Positions 1 to 9,807 of a DNA stretch of 48,627 bases are shown here, in pieces. A program made the translations under genes and the position numbers. The stretch's first letter is position 1. The number at the start of each line of letters is the position of its first letter. This stretch comes from Yoonia sp. (lineage in GTDB: Archaea; Thermoplasmatota; Poseidoniia; Poseidoniales; Poseidoniaceae), in assembly GCA_964230945.1 (NCBI GenBank), contig CAXRJJ010000052.1:1-48627 (forward strand), given 5' to 3'. The notes beneath the pieces are model-generated. The model was given only the letters and a program-made list of their open reading frames with translations. It was not told the origin of the DNA and made no database searches.

Positions 1-288
1 GTATTGATTGCTCAAATTAGCAGACAGGCTGCTCGCCGAAGCGGTAGAACGATGTTGACCGATCAGGCCATGGAAGTCATCATGGCAGAGCGAGCCTCTG
101 AAGAAGAGCAACGACGTCAACAGTGGGTCGACTATTATGTACAGACTGGCGATTTAGCCAAGGCCAAAGAGTTGGGCTGGGACGACCCTGCAGACCTCCC
201 TCAATGGAAACAGCATGAAATGGCTCAAGCAGCAGCAGCTGATGCTGCGATGCCGACGATGTTAGATCTTGATGAATTAGATCTCTAA
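1..288 (+). CDS. Hypothetical protein, C-terminal part (truncated by the window edge)
   Basis: Frame is open from base 1 to TAA at 286-288. Helical, acidic sequence ending PTMLDLDELDL. No family recognised. Confidence 0.65.
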   Translation, partial: VLIAQISRQAARRSGRTMLTDQAMEVIMAERASEEEQRRQQWVDYYVQTGDLAKAKELGWDDPADLPQWKQHEMAQAAAADAAMPTMLDLDELDL

Positions 289-312
289 CTGAATAACTTC
301 AGTCGGATTGCG

Positions 313-337
313 GTGCCGGCGGGCAGCATTTGAACCT
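313..337 (-). repeat. Degenerate direct repeat of the tRNA-Leu 3' end (att-like scar)
   Basis: GTGCCGGCGGGCAGCATTTGAACCT (313-337) versus GTGCCGG-GGGCAGGATTTGAACCT (406-429): 23 of 25 positions identical. Confidence 0.7.
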
Positions 338-406
338 AAGTCTTGAACGGCAGTATTGTTGTTGAATGTTCAGTTCAAGTCTGGTTCAAATCCTTTTGAT
401 TTGTAG

Positions 407-488
407 TGCCGGGGGCAGGATTTGAACCTGCGAACCACTAGGGAGAGGATCTTGAGTCCCCCGGATTTGACCGCTCTCCAACCCCGGC
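407..488 (-). tRNA. tRNA-Leu(CAA)
   Basis: Reverse complement folds as a cloverleaf: acceptor GCCGGGG/CCCCGGC plus A73, anticodon arm GGGGA-CTCAAGA-TCCTC, long variable arm, T arm GCAGG-TTCAAAT-CCTGC. CCA not encoded. Confidence 0.95.
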
Positions 489-528
489 TTGGATGCCCCC
501 ATGCTCTATCTTTCATCAAGGCTACCCT

Positions 529-3500
529 CTACTCTTCTTCACGAATCATGTCGAGTTCGGGCGGTCTTGGAGGGGGAATCTCTACAATTTGCTTTACTTT
601 TGGAGATGGTAATACAGGATTTTCCTCCTCCTCATCTTCCCATTCAACTTCGTATTCTTCATCTTCCGAATGTAATTGTGAACGTATCAGCATGAATACA
701 ACAAATATACAGACGATAATGACGAGACTTCCTAAGATCCATTTCATTTCGTCGCCTGCTGCGTTATCGTCAATCAACGAATCTCTTACAATTCCCAGGG
801 GACTTGGTGACATGCCTTCTTCTCCCTCGAGACCTATGTACAATTGTTGGTCTCCGAAAGAGGCTATTTCGTATTCGAAGGAGAACTGAGCAGAAAGCCC
901 TGGTAGCAATTTAAAATCCTCTGTAATTTCCAATTCGGTTAATTGCCCATCAATTGCTTGAATCAGAATCACACTAGTATTTCCTTCGAGTGTTCCAGTA
1001 TTCTGCACTTGTACATCGATTGTGATTATTTCTCCAAGGCTAGGTACCCTTGGTTCTACTGAAATGTAGGTTACTTGGGGTGAGAATTTGATATAATCCC
1101 AACTTGGTCGTCGAGGTTCAGTCTTGGAACCCGGGCCAGTCAATATGTTGCCACTCAGGTCTTCACCTTCTACCCACACCAGTAGATCATCTGAACCCCG
1201 TAATTCAACGCCCTCTAGGGCTTCACTTAGGTTGAGGATATCGTTGTATATTCCACCTGAAATGTGGTCAACTTGTAATTCTCCTGAAGCACCGGTCAAT
1301 GACAATCCATTTCTTTCAAACTTCCAGTAAAACATCAGAGGGCCAGGCTTCATGCCGTGGTCATCGATGATTGAAAACGAAATTTGTATTCCATCCAAAG
1401 AATCCGATCTGACTCTTAACATCGAAGTGCTGTGGAAAGATAAACGCGGAGCATCGTCATCCAAAATTACTCTCAACTCCAAATCATCGATAGAGTAATT
1501 TCCCATCCCAGAAATATCGATTACTAGGTTCCCTCTATTGTTAGGGAAGTCATCTGATTTGAAAGCGAATCTAGCAAGTCCACTCTGGTTGTCCGAGAGA
1601 TTTGCATTCACCACCATTTCACTTAATCCACCGAGTATCCGTGCACTACTCGAAACACCTTCAGGAAGATTCTGTGCTGGTATTTCTGTGCCTGCATATT
1701 TCAGCCCCCATTCTATGTCAATGATGTCTCCTGGTGCTAGAAATAGCGAGTCGTCCAATAGAGTACCGCTGGTCGGAACCAAATCCATCCATGACAGAAC
1801 GTTTACTTCAAGTTGAGTCAATAATGACCATTCCAGCCACTCCAAATTAGTAAGTCCAAGACCTAGATCTGTTCCTAAGTCTTCAATTCTAAATGAAGGG
1901 ATGTGCTTTGCATTACCCAATAGTTCAATACTCGACCATTTCAGTTCAAATTCAATATTTACGGTGTATCTCGGATGTTCATCCACAATCTCGAATATTG
2001 GTTCACCTTGGAAGCAACCTTCATCCCACAATATTGGAATTATTGACCATGGTTGGTATTCTAGCATGCAATCTACCTCTCCCTCAGTCAACGAGAAGAA
2101 CACAGAATCCAAACTGTTCAATCCGTTTTCATCTTCAACAACAAAGGTGAATACATGTTTATTCCCAGGCAATAGGAATTCGTCCTCGTGTAATTGCATC
2201 TCTACATCAGAAGCGACAACTTCAGCAGGAGTATCTTGCATTAGAATAATGGTGGCCAAGTCGTTTTCAAGCCCATATTCCCCTCCTCCGTTTACTTGAA
2301 TTCCAGCCAAATCTTTCGCACTAACATATACGCTGATTACGCTTTTTTGCAATGAATTATCGACATCAATGAATGGGAATTCAATGAATTCTGAAACGCC
2401 TTTGTTTAACTGCACAGTCAATTGCCCATATTCATTCTCTTGCGCGATTTTATCTCCATCGTCATCCAATGCCTCTCTCCAATAATGGAGGGTAAGTTCG
2501 TCACCCAATGCGCTTTGGTCATTCACTTGAAGCCCAAGTGCTAGGGGGATGTTCTTGTTCCAAACATGGCCATTTGCAGGTTGATCTCCGCTTGGAGTCA
2601 TGGCGTACAAGGTGCCCAATTCTGGACCGTCGTTATCCCAGATAAATTCGGCTCCGCGAATACCAGTAGTCGAATCCTCGACCAAACCTTCGGGTATATC
2701 ATCAGGACCCGCTTGGTGTAGATATGCCTCCAAAACCATTGGAATTTGGTGAGTTAAATCGGCATTTGTTTGAGGAATGTTCAGGTTGTGACTCCAAGCA
2801 CCCTGTTCTCCGACCTCAAGAATCGTGGAAGTAGAGAAATTACCTTGTTTGAGGAATAATTCAACTTCAGTTTCCCCTATGGGAACCCATGAGTCGACAG
2901 ACCCCTCGAATCTCACTTGCCCTTCGATATAGACGTTGGAACCGGCAGCCACTGGCCATGGATACTCTGGGTCAAGAATGTCAGAGATTTCTCTACCGAA
3001 TTGATCTTCGACATGAATGTTGACTAATTCTAAATCGTTCTCTACTGCGTTACCAGCACTGAACCCCGTAGTCATAACTGCAGGGCCAAGTTCTGTTCCT
3101 ACTGCATCATGGGCTTCGGTCATGAAATGAAGTTGCGGCCTATCATCCCACAGCCAAAGAGTACTCCAATACCATTCAACTTCCCAACCATTGTCTCTTT
3201 GAGTTATTGTGGTGTTAGAATAATCCCACTCGATCAACCCTTGACCAAGTGGTTGTTCAAATGATGGCTCAGAGGATTGTGGGTTTATGATTCGCATCAA
3301 AATCTCCGCAGAATCTGTACTCTTGTGTTGGCCAAGCATCAGTTCAACCGATGTGAATTCTTGTCCGCGGAGATGTTGATGCCAAGTAACCGTTCGATAT
3401 ATGGTGCCGTCTGGAACCATTGCATCAGGAGTCTCTACAACCGTATTGGTAATCATGTATTGCCAAAGGATAGCCCCTCCGATATGCACGCCTCCTCCAG

Positions 3501-6500
3501 ATGTACTGAAATTGACAGGGATTTCTACTTGTGTGGAATTCTGAATAAGCGCTTGCTCGGTTAGAATATCTGCAAGATCATTTTCATCCAAGGAGATGTT
3601 TTCCATTAAGTCGTATGTGAACATCATTCGATGCACCTCAAGCTTCCATATTCCTGTGAAATTGAAGAGATGCCTGAATTCTTGGAATTCTAGGGCCTGT
3701 GGAATAGTGAAATTTGTTTGAGGTCCGAACATCAACATACTCCATTCATTGATTCCTTGATTTTGGGAACCAGTCTGACCCAGATCTAGTCCATCCCATT
3801 CGTTTTCGAATGTGGAATTATTTGCATCAGCTCCAAGATAGGTTGTGGTAAATGCAAATTGGAAGGAGATGACCTCTGCATCACTCGGGATGTAAGTGCT
3901 GAGATTCAGAGTGCTGTTTTCAACTACCATTGAGATGCTAGGGGAGTTCACATCATGCCTAGTTGTCAAGCCATTCTTTGAGACATCAACGTGGTCAATT
4001 TCAGATTGTAGTCCGTGGTGCGATATCGGGTGGCTAGTGTTGTATGGCCAAGCCCACTCTGGTTCACCATCATCCCAACCTTTGTCACTCTGCTTGCCAT
4101 CATTTCCAACATCGATGGCTGAATCATTTGCCAGTCCATGGTATCTTGCGCGCATATCGAAACTCTCTATCCAACCGTTTGAATTAATTGACAGAGAAAC
4201 GATGACTTGCCCCATACCGGCGTTTCTTGTTTGAGTTAACGTAGTGGGTATAGAGATCAATTGTGCTTGTCCCCCAGTGCTCAGGTATACTCCGCTACAT
4301 ATGCAGTTCAATTGCAATTCTTTGATTGGTCGATGTTCAACGAATGTGAATCCAAGGAATGAACTCCCACTTCCACTCGATTCCCATCTGTTGTTACGGT
4401 TATGCCAACTTGGATAATCAGTGTTGAAGCCGAACTCAGAACCATCACTCCATTCAGAATTGACAGAGTATTTGGTCAGGTGTAGGTCTGAACCTATACT
4501 CACTTTGTCAATAACGGGTGTTAGTAATGGATCGGTGGTGAAGAGATTAAGACGAATTTTCAACGAAGGGTGAGCGGTCCAATTGATGCTTTGAAGATTC
4601 AATGGTAAACTCATATTCTCTAATATCAAAACGTCACTTTCACTCAGAATTGATGCGGTGACTGTAGTTCCCACGGGTATGCTGCCGCGGATATCTAACA
4701 GACCATAACCCCATTCATCGGCATGAATCAGAGGTGAGGTCCAATTCCCATGACTTTCGAAATAATCGACTTCAATTCCAACATCATCCAAATACCAACC
4801 CCATTCTTCTACGTAAGTATCTGAGAAGAAAGAGAATCTGAAGCGAACGTCTTGTCCTGCTAGGTGCGAAACATCCGCTTTCTTGATAGAGAATGGGTGA
4901 GCATTGAAACAACCTGATGGCACTAGGGAACCATCGAATATTCCTTTGAGATGTAATGGGGAATTAGGATTGACAGTGGAATTGGTATCGTAGAAATTAT
5001 TGCTGTTCTGTCCAAAGTGAGTCCATGTATTCCCGTCATCTGTCGAAACATAGACGGTTCCACCATCCCAATTTGGCTCGGCACACATCCAATGTTGGAA
5101 GGCTAATCGAGCACTGGCATCGTCCGGTATGTACATTTCAGGACTGATAAGGTGTGTCCACATGTTTGGTAGATATTTTCCTGCGAATTCTATTCCAGCA
5201 CCATTTGAGCCACTTGGGAAGCCAGTCATTGGTCCATGTCCGGGGTATTGCCCGAAGGCCCAGCCCCTGTTACCGGTCTCTATTTCGACACTCCACCCGT
5301 CGGGCCAGAGTGGAGAGTCCTCAAAACCAAAAGCAGTCCATGTGGGACCATTATGCCCATGATTTGTCACATGTTGCCATTGTTGAACAGAACCACTTGG
5401 AGAAGAGGTAGTGACGCTGTTGTTGCTGGAGAAATTGTCTAGCAATAACATCTGATGATTTGGCATTTGAATGTTTGAATGAAGTGTTGGGTCGTCAAGG
5501 TAAACGCCCTCCCATCCACTTATTCCATATCCGCCATTGACTTGACTGTCAGTATAGACTCTGAATCTGAACCATACCTGTGATTTGTTTGTGAAGATAT
5601 GAGAAACCGGCATCATGATCTGCTTGAAGCCATTTGATTCGGCATAATACCAAACCCCGTCCACATATACTCCGGAACCTGGAATGCCCGGTGGTGCAGA
5701 AATAAGGCTCCAATTGCTACCATCAAGACTCGCTTCTACCATCAGGTTGTCATTATTGTTCCCTTCGATATCCCAGTCTACCCACATTTCTAATTCCATA
5801 GGTGAAGTCATTCCACTGGTATTGGTTAGAATTGTGATTGCACCATCTGCATTTGCTGCATAAGCGCCATTGAGATTTCCATGGAACCATGAATTGGTCG
5901 GCTCTCCAGTATTGCTGAGGTTGATTGCATCAATGAACCACCCCGGTCTTTCCATACTTTGTTCTGCAGTGCTAATATAGAAACGGAAACTGATAGTGCT
6001 GGCATTTTGCAGGGCATTTAGACCTAGTTGATGATCCAATGAGTACTCGACATGACTCCATGCGCTAGCATTCAAGCCAACGAATGCCGGAGTCCCGTTC
6101 GAAAGATTCTGAGAATGTCCACCTATTGGTTGAATTTTATTCCAACTACCGTTATCCAAGCGGGCTTCTACCCATGCCCCATCATTCACATCCACGTTCA
6201 ACCAATGTTCGAAATGTAAACTGTAATTATTCACTACTGTAGGTAGATCCACAGAATCTAGTTGTAGCCATTCCTCTGTTCCCGCGGGCAACCCTCCAGC
6301 CTTTGTTGCAGCCGCTAATAGAATCCCTTCCGGTATGGAATTCGGGAGTGAACCATTTGCTGCACTGATATTCAAATCACTAACCATCCAGATATCTGAT
6401 GAAGCTGTAAACCCTGTGAATTGCAATTTTAAATCTTCAAAATCATCCACCCAACCAACATTTCTATCTGGGGCGAGACTGATTTTTCCATCGAAATGGG

Positions 6501-6834
6501 ATGTTGAAGTCAAATCATTTACTCCCATGTCTAAACTTCGATTTGCAACTCCCGATTCGAACCAGGTTCCGTTCCCCCCATCTATGTCCCAATCATTGCT
6601 CACATTCATCCATCCGCCGGTTATTGTTGCATTGGCGGGAACGCTGAACCCACTACTCAGAACCGACGAATGATTTCCTTCCATTGTGGTGTTGAATCCC
6701 AAAGGATCGTTACCAGAATAATTTGTTTGGAACGCCACACCTGTTCCAATTAACGGAACCATTCCTCCCAGCAAGAGAAGGAATACGATCGAGAGTGAGA
6801 CCCCCGTACTCCCCCTCCGCTCTCGTGTACGCAT
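529..6834 (-). CDS. Giant (about 2100 aa) secreted, C-terminally anchored surface glycoprotein with repeated beta-sandwich domains, an Asp-box and a CARDB-like domain
   Basis: ATG at 6834 gives MRTRERRG plus a hydrophobic signal peptide. Three modules end GWFIDAINL, GVYLDDPTL and GWYLDDVGI. Asp-box STDDGNTWT. CARDB-like TIDVQVQNTG. C-terminal TM helix and acidic tail. Many N-x-S/T sequons. Confidence 0.85.
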   Translation of the reverse strand: MRTRERRGSTGVSLSIVFLLLLGGMVPLIGTGVAFQTNYSGNDPLGFNTTMEGNHSSVLSSGFSVPANATITGGWMNVSNDWDIDGGNGTWFESGVANRSLDMGVNDLTSTSHFDGKISLAPDRNVGWVDDFEDLKLQFTGFTASSDIWMVSDLNISAANGSLPNSIPEGILLAAATKAGGLPAGTEEWLQLDSVDLPTVVNNYSLHFEHWLNVDVNDGAWVEARLDNGSWNKIQPIGGHSQNLSNGTPAFVGLNASAWSHVEYSLDHQLGLNALQNASTISFRFYISTAEQSMERPGWFIDAINLSNTGEPTNSWFHGNLNGAYAANADGAITILTNTSGMTSPMELEMWVDWDIEGNNNDNLMVEASLDGSNWSLISAPPGIPGSGVYVDGVWYYAESNGFKQIMMPVSHIFTNKSQVWFRFRVYTDSQVNGGYGISGWEGVYLDDPTLHSNIQMPNHQMLLLDNFSSNNSVTTSSPSGSVQQWQHVTNHGHNGPTWTAFGFEDSPLWPDGWSVEIETGNRGWAFGQYPGHGPMTGFPSGSNGAGIEFAGKYLPNMWTHLISPEMYIPDDASARLAFQHWMCAEPNWDGGTVYVSTDDGNTWTHFGQNSNNFYDTNSTVNPNSPLHLKGIFDGSLVPSGCFNAHPFSIKKADVSHLAGQDVRFRFSFFSDTYVEEWGWYLDDVGIEVDYFESHGNWTSPLIHADEWGYGLLDIRGSIPVGTTVTASILSESDVLILENMSLPLNLQSINWTAHPSLKIRLNLFTTDPLLTPVIDKVSIGSDLHLTKYSVNSEWSDGSEFGFNTDYPSWHNRNNRWESSGSGSSFLGFTFVEHRPIKELQLNCICSGVYLSTGGQAQLISIPTTLTQTRNAGMGQVIVSLSINSNGWIESFDMRARYHGLANDSAIDVGNDGKQSDKGWDDGEPEWAWPYNTSHPISHHGLQSEIDHVDVSKNGLTTRHDVNSPSISMVVENSTLNLSTYIPSDAEVISFQFAFTTTYLGADANNSTFENEWDGLDLGQTGSQNQGINEWSMLMFGPQTNFTIPQALEFQEFRHLFNFTGIWKLEVHRMMFTYDLMENISLDENDLADILTEQALIQNSTQVEIPVNFSTSGGGVHIGGAILWQYMITNTVVETPDAMVPDGTIYRTVTWHQHLRGQEFTSVELMLGQHKSTDSAEILMRIINPQSSEPSFEQPLGQGLIEWDYSNTTITQRDNGWEVEWYWSTLWLWDDRPQLHFMTEAHDAVGTELGPAVMTTGFSAGNAVENDLELVNIHVEDQFGREISDILDPEYPWPVAAGSNVYIEGQVRFEGSVDSWVPIGETEVELFLKQGNFSTSTILEVGEQGAWSHNLNIPQTNADLTHQIPMVLEAYLHQAGPDDIPEGLVEDSTTGIRGAEFIWDNDGPELGTLYAMTPSGDQPANGHVWNKNIPLALGLQVNDQSALGDELTLHYWREALDDDGDKIAQENEYGQLTVQLNKGVSEFIEFPFIDVDNSLQKSVISVYVSAKDLAGIQVNGGGEYGLENDLATIILMQDTPAEVVASDVEMQLHEDEFLLPGNKHVFTFVVEDENGLNSLDSVFFSLTEGEVDCMLEYQPWSIIPILWDEGCFQGEPIFEIVDEHPRYTVNIEFELKWSSIELLGNAKHIPSFRIEDLGTDLGLGLTNLEWLEWSLLTQLEVNVLSWMDLVPTSGTLLDDSLFLAPGDIIDIEWGLKYAGTEIPAQNLPEGVSSSARILGGLSEMVVNANLSDNQSGLARFAFKSDDFPNNRGNLVIDISGMGNYSIDDLELRVILDDDAPRLSFHSTSMLRVRSDSLDGIQISFSIIDDHGMKPGPLMFYWKFERNGLSLTGASGELQVDHISGGIYNDILNLSEALEGVELRGSDDLLVWVEGEDLSGNILTGPGSKTEPRRPSWDYIKFSPQVTYISVEPRVPSLGEIITIDVQVQNTGTLEGNTSVILIQAIDGQLTELEITEDFKLLPGLSAQFSFEYEIASFGDQQLYIGLEGEEGMSPSPLGIVRDSLIDDNAAGDEMKWILGSLVIIVCIFVVFMLIRSQLHSEDEEYEVEWEDEEEENPVLPSPKVKQIVEIPPPRPPELDMIREEE

Positions 6835-6962
6835 GCGTATACCCGGGCCGACTACGTCGGCCCGATGGACTTGAAACCTGTGAATAGTCGACACACCAGT
6901 ATTTCTTGGTAAATTGGTGCGAGCATTCAAGGAATGGGCGCGTTGCACACTCGGCGAGAGGG

Positions 6963-7991
6963 ATGGGAGAGGACTCACAAAAGCCGGGCAATCTTGACCC
7001 CAAGAGGGCCAAAGATATGGAAGAGGAGTTGAATGCAACTCTTCGCAGACAAGTTGAGCGCCTATTGCCAGTTCCACTACCATTTTCTGATTTCTGGGGT
7101 AGAAGCGCTGAGCTGTTGGACTATCTCGAGGGCGAATTGAATCGTACTGTCCGCGCCGAGGGTCACAATCTCCGTTCCCATACGGCCAGTCGAAGACAGG
7201 CCAATGTTCGAAGGACATTAACGGAACTTGCTCGCAAAAGATTGGTGGCATTGTTGAATCATGCAGTTTCCTCAGATTTCAGACCAGAAGGCGGTGCTGA
7301 TCCGGCAGGAATCCCATCTTTGGATTGGAACAAGCACGATGCTGCAGAGAAACAATTCTACAATCAATGCGTGCGATTGGTGGAGTCATTCAAATCTAGT
7401 GTAGATTGGGTGGAAATGCAAAGTGGTGCAGGTGCTGTTGAACATATTCCGCAAGTGAGTCAAGGGACTAAACAATTGGATGATTTCGTGGAAGAACCTG
7501 GTGGATTGACAGGGCGTGGGCCTCCACCAATTGAGATCATAATGCAACAAGAAGCAGAGATTGAAGATTTTGAAGAGGATGAAGAAGCGAGAATCGCTAG
7601 AATGGAAGCCTTTCCAGAAATGATGGAAATGGCTAACCAACCTCCTCCCACAGAAGAAAGACCGCTAATTGATGAAAACCCAGTATTTGTTCCTGAGAAG
7701 AAATCTACCATGACTTTGGATGACCTCGTATCAACGGGAGCCACTCAGAAAGTCGAAATCGAACCCTTAGAGGAAGAAGTCCAAATTCAAGAACCACCAT
7801 CTGATAATGAAAATCGAGGCAGTAAAGGATCAGTTGAATTGTTGCGAATCAGAATATTGCAATCATCGGATGAACCGATTGCAACCGCTGACGGAGAAAT
7901 CGATCTAGAGGCGGGTGACGTGCACCAATTAGAGCAAAAAATAGCAGATTACCTGATTCAAGCAGGTGTTGCAGAAGCAGCTCCACTATGA
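6963..7991 (+). CDS. GINS family replication factor (Gins51-type, A domain then B domain) with a long acidic linker
   Basis: N-terminal helical A-domain-like segment (PLPFSDFWGRSAELL...RKRLVALL). C-terminal B-domain pattern RIRIL...IATADGEIDLEAGDVHQLEQKIADYLIQAGVAE. Confidence 0.7.
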   Translation: MGEDSQKPGNLDPKRAKDMEEELNATLRRQVERLLPVPLPFSDFWGRSAELLDYLEGELNRTVRAEGHNLRSHTASRRQANVRRTLTELARKRLVALLNHAVSSDFRPEGGADPAGIPSLDWNKHDAAEKQFYNQCVRLVESFKSSVDWVEMQSGAGAVEHIPQVSQGTKQLDDFVEEPGGLTGRGPPPIEIIMQQEAEIEDFEEDEEARIARMEAFPEMMEMANQPPPTEERPLIDENPVFVPEKKSTMTLDDLVSTGATQKVEIEPLEEEVQIQEPPSDNENRGSKGSVELLRIRILQSSDEPIATADGEIDLEAGDVHQLEQKIADYLIQAGVAEAAPL

Positions 7992-7998
7992 ATACGCA

Positions 7999-8328
7999 TC
8001 AATTAGCGTGACGTAGTGAAATCTCGATTGAAACAGTATCCGGAATCGGTAACTTCAGGACTTTGCGCAGAGCAGTTTCATCCTTACTTGTGCCGACCTT
8101 CATTTCCAACATGCGCTTGTGAATTCTCATCTCCCAATGGTCCCACGTTTCACTACCTTCACCATCAGGGCTCTTGCGGCATGGTACCACGAGTCTCCTA
8201 GTGGGCAGAGGAATCGGTCCCCTTAGTTTGATGTCTGCATTATCGCAGATGCTCTTTATCTGGCTGCATACGTAATCGACATCGCGGTGATTCTCACCGG
8301 TCAATTTGATGACTGTAACGCCCGCCAA
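7999..8328 (-). CDS. rpsJ: 30S ribosomal protein S10 (uS10)
   Basis: GPIPLPTRRLVVPCRKSPDGEGSETWDHWEMRIHKR signature. TTG start after an SD-like GGCGTGATC. Directly downstream of EF-1A. Confidence 0.97.
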   Translation of the reverse strand: MAGVTVIKLTGENHRDVDYVCSQIKSICDNADIKLRGPIPLPTRRLVVPCRKSPDGEGSETWDHWEMRIHKRMLEMKVGTSKDETALRKVLKLPIPDTVSIEISLRHAN

Positions 8329-8371
8329 ATGATCACGCCTTCCTTGTCATCTCCACTTCGTGCTGATCGAA

Positions 8372-9661
8372 TCACTTCTTTTCGATCTTCATACAAACGC
8401 CAGCAGCGACGGTCTTACCCATATCGCGGATAGCGAAGCGGGACAACTCTGGGAAGGTGTCCATCTGCTCGATTGCCATTGGCTTGGTAGGTTGGAAACG
8501 GATTAGACATGCATCTCCAGTCTTGAGGAAGGAAGGGTTCGCTTCCTTGCCAGACTTGTTTGTCTTCTCCAACAACTCGAGGAAGCGTACAGCGACCTGA
8601 GCGGTGTGAGCGTGGAAAACAGGAGAGTATCCAACGGAAACAGCCTTGGGGATATCCATCAACTGAATCTGTCCGACGAAACTCTCGTCGTGGCGAACGA
8701 ACATTGGCTCGCTATCGCCGTATCCAGCAACGTCTCCACGGCGGATGTCGGTTGCAGCCAATCCACGAACGTTGAATCCAACGTTGTCCCCTGGCTCAGC
8801 CTTAGGAACGTGGGTGTGGTGCATCTCAATCGACTTGACCTCAGCACTCTTTTGGCTTGGGTTGAAGACGACGGTCTTTCCAGCGTGCAGAATACCAGTC
8901 TCGATCTTTCCGACAGGTACAGTTCCGATTCCACTGATTTTGTATACGTCCTGAATAGGTAGACGTAGTGGCTTGTCGACTGGCTTTGGTGGCATTTCCA
9001 CACCATCGATTGCTTCGAATAGAGTTGGGCCACTGTACCATGATGCTTTGTCGGACTTGTTGAAGACATTGTCTCCATCCAAAGAGGACGCAGGAATCAT
9101 TGGTACATCATCAGGATTGAATCCAGCCATTCTTAGCAAGTCTCCAACTTCCTTACAGGTAGACTTGTACTTGTCTTCATTCCAATCAACACCAGATATA
9201 TCCATCTTGTTAACGTGGACGATTAGTTGCTTGACACCTAGAACACGAGCCAAGAAAGCGTGCTCCTTGGTCTGTGCGTTGACACCATCATTAGCAGCAC
9301 ATAGTAGAACAGCTGCATCTGCCTGGCTTGCACCGGTGATCATGTTCTTGACGAAATCTCGGTGCCCTGGAGCATCGATTACGGTCCAGTAGTACTTTGG
9401 AGTAAAGAATTCCTTGTGTGCTACGTCGATTGTGATTCCACGCTCGCGCTCTTCCTTTAGTCCATCCATAACATATGCAAACCCGAATCCGGCTTTACCA
9501 CGCTCGGAAGCTTCTTTCTCGAACTTCTCGATAACGTGTTCTTCTATGTGCCCACTATCTAGTAGTAGGCGTCCTACGGTCGTCGATTTTCCATGGTCTA
9601 CGTGACCGATGAAAACTATGTTTAGGTGCGGCTTGCTCTTATCTTCCCACTGAGAACCCAT
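8372..9661 (-). CDS. tuf: Translation elongation factor EF-1 alpha
   Basis: [46 protein letters not shown] at 9661 follows SD AAGGAGTGA. Confidence 0.98.
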   Translation of the reverse strand: MGSQWEDKSKPHLNIVFIGHVDHGKSTTVGRLLLDSGHIEEHVIEKFEKEASERGKAGFGFAYVMDGLKEERERGITIDVAHKEFFTPKYYWTVIDAPGHRDFVKNMITGASQADAAVLLCAANDGVNAQTKEHAFLARVLGVKQLIVHVNKMDISGVDWNEDKYKSTCKEVGDLLRMAGFNPDDVPMIPASSLDGDNVFNKSDKASWYSGPTLFEAIDGVEMPPKPVDKPLRLPIQDVYKISGIGTVPVGKIETGILHAGKTVVFNPSQKSAEVKSIEMHHTHVPKAEPGDNVGFNVRGLAATDIRRGDVAGYGDSEPMFVRHDESFVGQIQLMDIPKAVSVGYSPVFHAHTAQVAVRFLELLEKTNKSGKEANPSFLKTGDACLIRFQPTKPMAIEQMDTFPELSRFAIRDMGKTVAAGVCMKIEKK

Positions 9662-9695
9662 GTTGTTCACTCCTTGGTGCGACCCGCCGACCGGA

Positions 9696-9709
9696 CATCA
9701 CTATATCAA
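9696..9709 (-). promoter_or_regulatory. Putative promoter element TTGATATAGTGATG of tuf-rpsJ
   Basis: 12 of 14 identical to the motif upstream of rps8e and Sec61beta. Ends 34 nt before the ATG. Confidence 0.55.
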
Positions 9710-9807
9710 TACCGCGACGCGACAACTGTGCTACATACCCCGCATTTGCTAGATTTTCATAGCCTAGAAGCGTAATTCCTTAGAACGTCCGTGTAAAACT
9801 TACACCG

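Noticed and set aside
422-889. 155-aa plus-strand ORF
   Set aside because: Antisense to tRNA-Leu and the giant gene. The Ser-rich sequence is a shadow of Glu codons.
6835-7251. 139-codon N-terminal extension of the giant ORF
   Set aside because: It overlaps the GINS-like gene on the opposite strand. The signal peptide begins at ATG 6834.
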